DNA of 64,000 nucleotides from Thalia democratica (Eukaryota): NCBI GenBank assembly GCA_965202585.1, contig OZ241829.1, positions 28,334,001 to 28,398,000 of the forward strand, read 5' to 3'. Shown piece by piece: positions 50,401 to 62,671 of this stretch (position 1 is its first letter; each line of letters starts with the position of its first letter). The notes under the pieces were generated by a model. It saw only the letters and a program-made list of their open reading frames with translations, ran no database searches and was not told where the DNA came from. The position numbers and the translations under genes were made by a program.

Positions 50401-52014
50401 AATAAAAAATAAAAAAGGTCTTTGGTGTTTTTTATCGTAGTTTATGAGTAATCTTGTTGAGGGGGCCATGGCTTTTTTCTATTTCTTTAAAGAGGGGGCT
50501 ATTTGCAAAAAAGTTTAGGAAACCCTGCTATACACTGTGTGTTGTATGCACTTATACTATTTTATTTTGTTAATATTATATTCAAACCAGATACTGAGCA
50601 TTTGCGACGACAGAAGAGCACTGAGCAGCTTGACATCATATACTGTGTATATAAGCTGGTTTTTCCTGGTGAGTTTGTAAAACACTGACTATTAGATCAA
50701 AAACAACTCTTTATAATGTACAAAATAATAAATATGTTTATTGAACGACAAAAAAAGTCTTACAAATTTTTGCTTTTTAGACCTGTCTAAAAACCTTTAA
50801 GTTATCGAGCCATAGTTTAACTGGTTTATATTTAAATCAGAACGTGTATAAATACTGTGTACAGCAAACTTTGTTTCCAAATTAATTTTTTCAAAAACTA
50901 AACTAGTACAGTTTATTTTTTGTTTTTTGAAATTTTTTTTCTAGACTACGATAGAGGATTTCTGTGCATTCGTTATTCAAGCTGCAAAAGTAAGTTTTAT
51001 TAACAATAATTTTTCAAAAAAAAAGCATTTACCAATATTTCAAACAATTACCTATACTAATTCAATGATATTGTAGAATATTTTAAAGATATAATATTTA
51101 AATTGTGAGACAAATTGGTTTGTTTTTTTATTTTTAGTTCAGTTAAAATGTTTGAGAACAAAATAGTAAATAAATACAGTTCTTTGAAGAAATCGCTAAA
51201 ATGTACAGAAAGTATTATTAAGCAATGTAAAAGTAAAAATCTTAACAGTATTTATTGGGGAAACCTTTAGAAGTAGAAGTGAAAGAACCATCTCTGGACG
51301 GTTGCATACCATTAAACACACCGATTAGCACTTTGAAAAATTGGCAACAAACCATTTTGAAACATCAGGTTGGTAATAAAACGAACTAAAAGTAAATAAA
51401 CAGCAAACAGTTTTTGTCAAAACATCGTCAAATGTTTAAGAAATGCTTATAACAAACTTAATAGCAATGAATCACTTATTTATCAAATCCAAAACTACAT
51501 AGTAGCATATTAAAGAAGAAACAAGAACTGTGTGTTATAAAGTGCAAAACTAAAATTAAACGAAACTTTCAGGATTTTTTGATTGATAATAATTAATAAC
51601 AAATAAAGCATATTACTTATAGATATATTTTTTAAACAACGTAATAACTTTTTATAACTTGGTTTTAATAATCAGTACAGTAAAATAACTATAAAAGTAT
51701 ATAAATCAAAATCAAAAGTATATGTATCATTTAAAGCTAATTTGATTTTTTTTTCTTTAACTAAACTAATTTCAATCTAAGCATTAAATTTTTTTTTTCC
51801 AATTGCGCAGGTCAAACTTCTCAAGAACCAGATAAACATCCAAGAAATAGTTTCGAGCAGGGGAATAACCCTTGATAGAAACCTGATGCAGGGACTGAAG
51901 GACCAGATGTTTGTCATCCGCCATCAGATGGCGCTGCAGGAGAGAGTTCAGTTGTTGCGTGGCAACTGTGGTAACAAGAAGGGGGAAAACCCCCACAACG
52001 AGACTGCCCTGTGA
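47455..52014 (+). CDS. Uncharacterised protein (~303 aa), 10 coding exons, all introns phase 0
   Basis: Exons 47455-47502, 47810-47869, 48188-48274, 49299-49469, 49844-49909, 49980-50012, 50591-50668, 50945-50989, 51249-51368, 51811-52014. Each is AG/GT-bounded, open and a multiple of 3. Ser/Arg/Lys-rich segment, Cys-containing core and helical C-terminus; no family recognised. Confidence 0.75.
50217..50527. mobile_element. hAT-Charlie-type MITE (311 bp)
   Basis: TIR CAGGGTTTCCCAAA / TTTAGGAAACCCTG; 8-bp TSD CTATAAAC/CTATACAC; internal GGGGGCCAT repeats. Confidence 0.85.
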
Positions 52015-52585
52015 CAGAGAAAAATTAATAAAAAACAAAAAATTATGATTTATTTTTTTATTTTACAACAACTAATTAGTGTGAATAAAATTAGAGTCAT
52101 ATAACTTGTATAGTTATAAAATAAAACAAAATACTTTTTAAGAAATATAGAAATGTTTAATAAAAAAGTTAGGTTAAAAATATAAAGTTTTTATACAGCT
52201 AAATTTAAACTTATAAAGTTTTACATAATCCTAAGTAAAATATCAAAAATGAAGCTTAAAAATTTGCAACGTACTCTTTATTTACTGTTCTGTACTTGTT
52301 GCCGTGTAGCTTTGCAAGTTTGGAAGCCCTAAAAATAATTGCATTAAGAAGAAGAACAACTGCTAGTTTTTATTATATACTTTAACAAAACTTAATCGAA
52401 AAACAACTGTAAAAAGAGCTTGGTTAGTAATTTCAGTGTAGTAACACGTACTACAACACAAAGCTTATATTAGTAAGCATATAGTTAATAATATATATGT
52501 TAAGGTAAATATACTGATTTGGATAAATTTTTACCTAAACGAGAAGTCGAGGGACTGCTCTAAACAAACAAAATACAAAGGTGTA

Positions 52586-52793
52586 TACGAAAATGAGACT
52601 GAGCTTTCAAAGTATGTTTGCGGCCTAAAGCGCAAAAACATTGATTTTAAATAACTTGGGAGGTGATTAAAAGAGCACAGCCAATAGCAGTTGGTAATAA
52701 CCCTGTTTGTAGGCTGTGCTTAAAAGAATCAACATCCGTTGTGTATGCGTTGAAAAAGGAAGGTTGTTTAAATAAGAGGAGTGATTCATATCG
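52586..52793 (+). pseudogene. Penelope-like element ORF remnant (C-terminal GIY-YIG endonuclease region)
   Basis: YENETELSKYVCGLKRKNIDFK / (frameshift) ITWEVIKRAQPIAVGNNPVCRLCLKES...CLNKRS matches the TELSKY..LK...W.I....C.LCL.E...LNKRSE pattern of Penelope-like elements, recognised from family knowledge. Confidence 0.7.
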
Positions 52794-52820
52794 TTTTGTC
52801 AAAATATTAAAAAGCTCCTC

Positions 52821-55800
52821 TTAACTACAATAAATCTTAAAGTATTTTATGGTCACTTTATTGTGGTTTTTGTGAATTTTGGTTGTTTGTTTAGTTGGAA
52901 GATCAATTTTTTCACCGAAAATTTGTACTGTACAATATTCAATAGTTACGTCATATCTTTGTTTTGAATCTGATGCACTTTAGTTTAATGTAAATTATTT
53001 TTAAATTATGATTTATGTTTAACTTTTGTAAAAACGTATACTGCATAGTCAAACAACTTTTATTTTATAGCAAACTGTATTACCTTTTGTTTTCGACTCG
53101 TTTTTAGGTTTCTTCATTGCTACGTCGTAATCTATGGAGAAAGTCTTTTGAAAATTCGTGATTTTACGAAGACTTTTAGGAGAATCTTTAAATGTCACTG
53201 TTTGTTTAGGATTGACAGCAGACACTAAAAAAATTGAGTGAAATTATAAAACTTAGTTTTGCTATCCCAGTGAAGTTTCACTAAAAAAGAGGCAACATTT
53301 ATAAATAAATTTCCAAAAAAACCTTTAGGCCATAACATGTTCTAAAATAGAAAAAGTAAATATCTGAAAACAGGTTTGAGTTAAAACATTATCTTATCCT
53401 TAAATTTTTTTTTCTTAAAGTGTGCAAAAGTCGCTATCAATAAAACCAAGACATACTAATCTAATTGAATCCAAGAGCTTTGAAAACTTTAATTGACTCC
53501 AACTAACCCGTGTTGTTTTTAACTTTAATCTTGTAGCAGGTGCAAGCCCCTCCGATCACAAACACCAACGCGATAACCGCCCCGATCAGCCCAAACACCA
53601 CCTTCAGCACCTGCAACGACGCATGGTTGTTCCGCACCAATATGGCCTTTTTCTCTTCCGCCGCAACGGTCGAGCAGGGCCTCATAATTTCGGTTGTTAC
53701 GAAACTTGAATGTGGTGTTTTTTGGCGGGTTATTTTTTGCAGCAGCACGTGTTTTGTTCGGTTCGGGTTGGACACAGTTGAATGAATTTTTATTGGTTGT
53801 TTGTTTTTTGTTGTTTGTTGATTGGTTGTTGCTCCGTTGGTGGTCGTTTCAGCTTTTGTGGTGGCACCTTGAAAATTTTACTGAAGTAACAATATTTACA
53901 TCAAAGGCAAAGCACGTGAGGTAGTTCGACTCTTTTAAAATGTGAGACTGTGTTTAAAATTTTTCTGGTAACTTATTAAAAAAAATTTACTGGCGTTGTC
54001 CAGTTGTTACTTAAAAAGTTTTCGATTTTAAACACTAAACTTTAATTATTAAGGCATATATTTTTAGTATTATCATAGCTGCTTGGGAATATTTTGGTAC
54101 ATAAAAAAATATTTTGTGAGATAAAACACTCACCAACTAATAGAAAGCCTTTGCGTAAATAATTGATCACTAAATTTTTTTAGACCTAAAACAATCTACT
54201 ATATCTATACCAAAACTGTTTAGGCTGTTTATGTTCGTTTTAATAAAAAGTTAACAAACCTGTCCCGCACCGCATAAGCTGGTCGTTTTCCCACTTGCCG
54301 TCCAGGCTGCAGTAAGTGGACGGGCCGATGAAGGGGACGGCGGAGGTCAGGTTGTGGTCGTCGGGGCAGGTGAAGTTGCCGAGCGACTCGTAAATTGAAA
54401 ATAAACTGTCCACTAGGAGGGGCGGCCGAGTCGAGCACTCTGTAAAGCAAATTAATCTGATGCTTGCTGTTTTGAATGTTTTGTATATTTTGTTAAGGAA
54501 ACCTGATATAAATGGCTTAGATATATTCGTTTCAAATATGAAAAGCTTAAGCTTTAATAGTATTAAAACTCTTTTAAAAGTTTTAGAATTAGTTAAAAAA
54601 AATTTAAGGAGCTTTTTGTAGAAGTTTCTATTCAATTTAACTAAATGAAACTGAAATAAAGCTAAATTTATCAAAGCAAACTAATAATTTTTTATTGAAA
54701 ATTTCTGTATATTTGAAAAACATGCTTATATTTTATTTCTATTTAATTTATACTGAAACTTATTTTTTGTTCATGAAAACACACATAAACCTAGTTTAAT
54801 TTCTTTTTGTTCTAAAGAAATATTTTTACAGGTTTTTATTTAGTTAAAGATAACATTAATATAGCTTATATTGTTTTCTTAACAAAAATTAAAGACCTAT
54901 AAAGTCCGTTTGACCTGTCCTATTTTCATATGTTAATAAAACAACATGATTCTCTATTAAATTTTCATGCGGCAAACTATAAATAAATTTACGGTGTAAA
55001 CTACAAAGCTTAATGTTTTTTACTGCTTTACGACTAAGATCTTATATAACTTTTTCACAGCGAGCTGTTTTATCGTTATTATTTGTATAAATTGTACAAC
55101 ATATTGCAATATAATAAACAGAAAACAGTTATTTGCACTAAAACTCATTTATTGAAAACCATTACATTGTAGACAAAGAATTGTTTTACAATAAATAACT
55201 TATTTTCTAAAACAACAATAACCTTTCACGGTGATATCGACGCTGGCGTCCACAATAACATCTGTCTCGTTCGAGGTTCTGACGTTGGCCAGGAACCTTA
55301 TGACGCCACCGTCGTCATCCAATGAGAGCGGCTCGTTCAGGTGCAGGTACACTCGCGTTTCAGAACCCTCGAAAATGCACCCGTATCCGCCGTCGAAACG
55401 CGGCTGGTTCGCGCCTGTGTTGTCACGTCACAAACGATAAAGCTTTGAAAGTTTTGTTTTGAAAAGTCAGAGGTTTCAAAATATAGTTTAAATTAATAAA
55501 TACTAGGAGTTTAGTTATAAATAATATAGTAAGATTGTCATAAAATAGAAGACTGTTTTTGGAAACTAATAAACCATAACAATAAAGTTTAAAAATTTAG
55601 TTTTAAAAGTAATAAGGTTAAAAATAAAGTTTGTTTTGATAAATAAAAAGAATTTAGCTAAAAAAATAGTAAGTTTATCGTCACATAGGAGATAACATTT
55701 TGAAAAGTTTGAAATGGTCAACAATTGGGTTATTTTTATATTCAAAGTACATTTCAAAGTTTTTAGAAGGATAAACTTACTTATGCTATAAAATTAAATT

Positions 55801-57082
55801 TAAAATTAACTTTCTTTTCCATTTAGCAAAAATAAAATTGCAAAACAGTTGTTCAAAATTATTGTATTAAACATTTTAAAACTTGACCACAAATATTCAT
55901 ACAGCAACATGGCCTGACCTACAATTTGCAGTTAGTTTTAAACTAAGTCTGTCCTACGGTTAGAACAGTATTTTTTTGCAAAAAATTATAGTGTTTATGT
56001 GTCGAAAAGTTATAAATTGATGAATGTTGGAAAAATTTAAATGTATTTTTTAGTAAAAAATCATAAAAATTATACAATCTAAATTTGTGGGAAGTGCTTT
56101 AAACAAATAAACAACTCTGGAACTAAATAAACATTCTACAAAACCAAAATTATTTAAACATTAATTTTACAAGCTTAACCTAAATCTACTACAGAAAAAA
56201 AAAACTTACCAATAAGCTCACACGTTTCGTTTTTGACCCTGAAATTTTCAACTATTCCGTCCAAGTTCCAGATGAAACGATCTACATTCGAACTGTAGAC
56301 TATGACGTAATAGAAGTAGCCGCTGTAGCCCACCGTCCAGTCGTTGCCATGGTCACCAACCCACCTCGACAGCTTAATGTCCACGGTCGATGCTACAAAA
56401 AAATTGTGATAATACTTTTTAGCCTTCTTGTTTTTTGATTTTTTAAGTTTTTGTTTATTTTATGTTTTAAAAAACTTTAAGTTTTTAACTTTCCATGTTT
56501 TTGAATTTTCGTGTATACCATTGAAAAAGGCAAAACATAACATTTATTACTTAAAAAATTATGTTTTAAAGAGTTTTTCATTACTTTTTTGTTAGTTTAT
56601 TTTGAATAGTCTGTAAAAAGTCAAGTAACTAAAAGTTCATGAATTTTAAAACGAGGTAAAACTAAAAAATTTCTGTGTTTGTTTAGTATGCGTTACTACC
56701 ATAAAACACTTATCGCCATCAGGTTTAAAACCACATGAACAATAAGAAAATGAAAAGTTTAAGTTACAGGTATTTAAATAAACAAACTTAAAATAACTTA
56801 ACAACAACGCTACATTTTAAAACTTTAAGTTTAGTAACGATTAGACGTAACTACCTTATTTAGATTTTGATAAAATGTAAAACAATAAAAAATGGTATAA
56901 AAACAACCTAAAAAATGATATAGTACTTAACTCACAATCAAACAACAATAAAAACACTAAAAGCATAAATTGTAGCTATAAAAATAAAACTTGTTGGCAT
57001 TTTACCACAAAAACTTACCTTTTACAGTCATGGAGAGACTAAAAACAATTAAAACTGCAAAACCAATAAATATTTTTGTCAT
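52821..57082 (-). CDS. Type I membrane protein: signal peptide, Ig-like domain, Sushi/CCP domain, Thr-rich stalk, TM, cytoplasmic tail (383-422 aa)
   Basis: Exons 57082-57019, 56392-56210, 55414-55223, 54439-54260, 53867-53508, 53224-53084, then a last exon at either 52977-52946 or 52969-52821; all introns phase 1. Sushi pattern CSTRPP..FTC..YCSLDGKW..C; TM VVFGLIGAVIALVFVIGGAC. The Ig-like call rests on FIWNLDG and VYLHL..LSLDDDG (inference). Confidence 0.85.
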
Positions 57083-57399
57083 TTGCTATCAATAGATACC
57101 ATCTTAAGGTAGCGCAAAGTTTAAAAAACCTAATTGTTTTTTGACTCTATTCGAATTTAGCCTTCGATTTGAGCTTCAAAGACTACTAATGATAAAATAT
57201 CAACAAAGCATCTAACTTATAATCTACCAAACTCAAGCAAAAGCTCTCTTTCTTAAGAACCTCCTTACAAATGTAAACATAAGCAACTCTTAAGGCTATC
57301 TGGTGTCAATCTAAATTCCGAATAACAAGCAAATGACCTATTTATCTAAGCGCTCGTAAACGCCTTTTAAATTAAATGCTGGTCGATGAATAATTGATA

Positions 57400-57565
57400 A
57401 AATGATGCGAAGGCATGTGACGCCTCGCATCCGCAAATCTTTTGTTCTTTAATTTCCCGCTGAATTTGCGCGAATTCGCGCGAAGGCCAGTGACGTGTTT
57501 GTGCAGGGGATTCACCGAGAATGTTTTTGTTTTAGTTGATGTTATTGTGCTTGGTGTAGGTGAGT
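57400..57565. promoter_or_regulatory. CpG-rich putative (possibly bidirectional) promoter
   Basis: CpG cluster in very AT-rich surroundings, ~350 bp upstream of the receptor ATG; E2F-type TTTCCCGC, palindrome GCGCGAATTCGCGC, and a plus-strand donor G|GTGAGT at 57560. Confidence 0.4.
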
Positions 57566-60500
57566 ATATTCACGTAAAGTGTGAATAGTCTCAAGTTGAC
57601 ATTGCCGGTTAAGTTTGAGCAGTTTTAGCAAAAAAGAGAATTTTTTTTAACGCTTCGTAAAATTATTATCAAACCGTTAATAGAATAAAGTGTAACTTAA
57701 ATACTCTATTTTTAAGAAATAATTTTACTATTAGATGAGTAATTGTTTTTATCAAACTTGAAAGTTGTATATATTTTTTAAATTTAATAGTTATAAAAAT
57801 CAAAATAAATCAACTAAATTGATTGCCCTTTCGGATTTTGAAAAAATTAAAATCGTTATCAAAAGCTTTTTAAAATATTAATACAAGTTTGTAACTATTA
57901 ATAATTTACTAATCAATAGTTTATAGATCGTAACTAAGTAGACTGAGCAATAATACATTTAACACAAATTTTCATACAGATCCTAACGAAACAAGTTTGT
58001 TGGAAAATATAATAACAAAAGTTTTCACAATACTTTTCTTTATTCAACTTATGTAACTTTACATAGTACTGCGTGCTTGTTGATTTACTATATTTCACAA
58101 TGTATAGCAGTCGACTTTATAACATATATTTTGTAAATTATTAGTTATTAATTTATAATGATTATGGCTTAAACTTTAGTAAATACACACATTCATCTTC
58201 TTTTGCTTCTATTCTTTTCTTGCATTACTCAACTTTAAAAGAACTCCATATAGATGTGTTAGTTTGTTTAACACAGAGAAAAATCGCTAGTTGAATAAAG
58301 AAAACTGCTTTGCAAATTGTTGCTATTCTTATAAATTTTTGAGCATATAAAAAATATTTATTTCCATATATTTGTAACTACTGCAAAAGCTTGTAAAACA
58401 CTAAATTTAAGAATTCAGAATCAAAAATTAATTAAAATCTTTTTTTTATGGAAAAACCCAACACTTTCATAAAAGTTATTTTTTATGTGAACAGTGTGAA
58501 CTTTTATAAAAATTATGTATTTTAATATTTCATTTTACTTAAATAGATATTTTTGTTGACCAATTAAAAAAGAATACTTTATATTGTTTATGTTTTTGAA
58601 TGGTTAACCTAAAAAATGTTAAATTATTACAAAAAAATATTTGAATTACTGAAATTAAACAAAAAGTCAAGTCATGGATTTAAAAGCTGTGAAAAAATAA
58701 TTATTTGTTTGTTTTATTTTTACAAAGTTTTTAAAGTGTTTTAAAATTTATTGTTAGAAAAACATTTACTTAAAATAATCAAATTTGTTTACGCATCTAA
58801 ATTACTTAAAGTCTTATCATATTTTAGCCTTGATGTTGGTCATAGTTCGGCCGCGGACTTCAGTTCACATTCGTTGTTTTTCTAAATAATAAGTCAATTT
58901 AATAAATTTCTAGAAAAAATAAAATAAATAGTGATTGTTTATCATGAGAAATGTTTTTTCATACGAACTAGAAAACTAACCAAATAACTACGAAGGTTTT
59001 ATTTATTATTTTTTTAATCATTTTTTTATGTTTTTTGTAATCACTTAATTTGTAATCAAGTCAAACAACGTAGTATACCAGATTTTGCAATAGTTTAAAT
59101 TTAACAAAAGTTTTTGAATTTATGCATTTTGTTTAAAAATACGTCTTAATTTTTAGTTTAAAAAGCTTTTTTTTTTTTAATCAAAAACACAAACAAAACG
59201 CTTTTAAATAAGAAAGTTTAATCTTCGCTTTGTAACCACTTATTTGTAGCTTTGAAAAGTTTAGATAATTAGTTTTGCTAACATAAATTTTAAGAACTTA
59301 CATTTTACAATTTATATAAAATAAAAAAAACACTGTACCACCCTTTGAAATCATGATTATTAAATATGTATCGACTGACAATAAATAGTAATGAAGCATT
59401 AACTTACCAAATGTACTTGATATAGGTTTAATATTTTTATAGAATGCACTTAAAAATATAACTAATTTGTTATGGCATTTTAAACATAGTTTAAAATCTA
59501 ATAATTGTACAAAGTTGTTTAAACAAGTTAAATGACAATTTTAGAAACTTACCAATAATTTATAAGTGTGTATATTTCGCTTCCTATACTAAATTACCTT
59601 AAGAATTCACAAAAAAAAGTTAATTGCGAAAAAAATATATATTAACAAGTTGCTATTTCGACAACTTTAACAAAAAAGTTAAAAAACATAAGCTGACTTA
59701 AAAAACACAAACAAGTAAATTTTGATAAATTTATATTAGATTTGTAACTTTAACTTGGACTAAAAATAGAGTTTAAAGGCTTCAAATAAACATTTAAGGT
59801 TTTTGTAACAGATCAGCTTAATAATTAATTGAGATTATGTTTTTGGCTACTGTTATGACAATCAAATTAAGCTTTTTGTTGGTTTAAGTCAAGTTTAAGT
59901 GGCATATCAATCAAAAGTTGCATTACAGTGTTAACTGTGAACAGTTAATAAATCATCAAGTTATTTTTTTAGTAAGCAAAAACAAAACAAACTGTATAGA
60001 AAATTAATACAGCTTTACGTTGATATCGACTTTATTTAAATAACGCGTTAAAAAAAACAATAAATATTTTAGCGAAGTAAAACAAACTTTTATTTTCGTC
60101 TTTGTGCTTGTATTTATACTTTAATAGTTTAACATTCTAATCTAGTACATACAACTTACCAACTTATGTGATTGAATGGCGACATTTTGATCGCAATTTT
60201 AACTGTGTATCGATTGGTTTGAAATTTAAGATTTAGTCTCTAAAGTCTTAAAGAACATTTTTATGTTTATTATAATTCATTTTCAATGTTTTTTTAAATT
60301 TTTAGTTAGTAATAAACATTGAGTCTTATTAAAAGATAAGATACTATACGATTTTTTTTAGTGTTTTTTGCTTGATTAGTATTAAAGTTCAAAATTAACT
60401 TTACAACATATTCTAAAAGTGTACCCAAGTTTTTAAGGCATAGTTTACTAGTTCTTTTAAATAATCAAAAATAAGAATTAAAAAAAGACTTAGTATTCAG

Positions 60501-61185
60501 TTTAAAACCTGTTGTAGAAAGTTTAGAACATTTAAATTTTAAATATCTTTACTAAAACATTTAAGTAAACAGTATACATGTGCGAAAGATTATTGACTAA
60601 AATCAATTTATTTTTTGTTATTTGATTTATTAAATTGCCCAAAAACTATTTTGTAAAAAAAGTGTTCCTAAATCTCATACAGACTAAAATAAAAATTAAA
60701 GTTCGGTTAGTAACTCTGATTTAATTACGCTTTCATTACCTATTAAAACAAACTGATTTAATATATAAAGTTTAATTTAAATAACTAAATTTTCATGTCG
60801 TTTAAAAACGTACAGTTAAACATATTCTTGTGGTGTTATACTTAAGCTAATAAAGTTGTTAGTTATATGAAATTACACCCTTGAAGAGTTGTTTTTAAAA
60901 ATTATTTTAGAAAATAAAATAGAGCAATAAAAGATATTTTTTTACTTTTGATTTCCAACGTACCTTGCTTCTTTGTTTTTTTTTGTAACTTAGAGTTTCT
61001 AATTTCTCTTCAATTTTTTAAATTTGCAAAAATTTAAATTTTTAATCTAACTACTTACGTTCTACGTTAACTATTTACGGTATAAGCTTAAACTTTGTTT
61101 TTAAAAAGTGAGTGTAAAAAAAAAACAACGAAATTCAGTTTAGTTGTTTTATTTCACAAATTAAAACATATGTCCTTCAAAACGT

Positions 61186-62609
61186 TTAGCAATCTTTGAT
61201 GGCAGCGAGGAATTCTTCCTTTGAAACTTTGCAGAACTCCATTGCTGAAATGATTAAATAAGTTAGACAACAATAACTAAGGGTTGTGTCATGTGTCTTA
61301 CAACATTTAAAAAACATTAAAACGCTTGTTTTTTTAAAATCTAAAACCGAAATTTAAGGTTTCAGCTAAAAGCATGAAAAATTAATACTTAATATTTTAT
61401 TTTGTAAGTTTTAACACAAAAAACTCTTTCTTAAATACTTTTAATTTCAACTTATTTGTAGTTAGTATCAGTAAAGACAAGTATAACATACATATAAAAA
61501 AGCAAAGTAGTTTTTATTTATTTTGAAACAACCTTCCTAATTCAAAATAAAAACTCAAAATTCTGTCTTAACAGCAGCAAATGTTGACAAACTTAAACTG
61601 CAAATAAGTTGTTTTATTTTATTATTTTAATAAAACTAACGCTTAGTTGGCTTTTTGAATGAGTGGTTAGCCTCGAAGGACTTCTTGATACCGTCGATCT
61701 CTGAAACAGTCAGTTGAAATTATAAAAAGTCTGATGCGTTTAAAAATAGTTATTTTAGTTGGTAAGAAACAGCGGTCTAAAGCTTTTTACTGATATATAA
61801 ATTAGTTAGTTCTTTTCTAAAACTACACGTGTATGAACTAGACATATAATCAGTTTTAGCGTGTTAGTTCAACATAAGCTTTATTTCATTAAGGTGTTAT
61901 TTTTTTACAATTTTTATACTTATTACCATAAGAAATTATATACTCAATTTTTTTCATACTAAGGACAAACGAAAATATTACAACCGGTTAAAAAACTTAA
62001 GAGTTATGCAAAAACTTTTGTGTCTAGTTTCAGCTACTCAGATTGGTAGCTTTCATGGTGTGTTCCTTTTTCAATGGTGAACAAAAATGTAATTTTACTG
62101 AACAAAAAAACTAAAAAAGGTATAATCAAATAATTTCCAAAATACGTTTGTTTTGCCAGTTTCTATTTGAAAAAATATTTCATAATAAGCCAAAATTTTT
62201 AAATGCTCAATTTATATGTTAAGACAAAAGATAAGAAAAAAAGCGTCTTTGAATAAGTGCTTGTATTTTTCTTGTCTACCGTGCCGAGATTTTCAGGTAT
62301 TCGACTGTGCGTAGCTTTAAAAATGGGGAAAGTCAAATTATTTAGATTAATAAAAACAGATAAAACATGCAACGTTCTAAAAAGCTGAAGAGCTCTAAAA
62401 ACGCCTTTTCCAGTTGAAAACAATTTAAGTACAAACTTAGTTTTAGTTTTAAGTTAATAATTTAAGTTAGTAAGTTTTAAAAACAAACAAAACGTACTGA
62501 TTGGGTCGGCGGGGCAGTCATCACCGCCAAAAGTGATAACTTTCTTTGCTGGAAGGACCGCTGACATGGCGGCAGCAATGAGCATGAGGAAGACGAGTCC
62601 GAATTTCAT
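61186..62609 (-). CDS. Small secreted peptide precursor (76 aa), 3 exons
   Basis: Exons 62609-62498, 61700-61641, 61244-61186, joined in phase 1: MKFGLVFLMLIAAAMSAVLPAKKVITFGGDDCPADPIKIDGIKKSFEANHSFKKPTKPMEFCKVSKEEFLAAIKDC*; clear signal peptide. Confidence 0.85.
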
Positions 62610-62664
62610 ATTGATAAGTCCGCGTTGAAATATTCTTGGATGCCGACCATCGGTCGGGTCGAGC

Positions 62665-62671
62665 TTATATA
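62665..62671 (-). promoter_or_regulatory. TATA box of the secreted peptide gene
   Basis: TATATAA on the minus strand ~55 nt upstream of the ATG. Confidence 0.65.
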
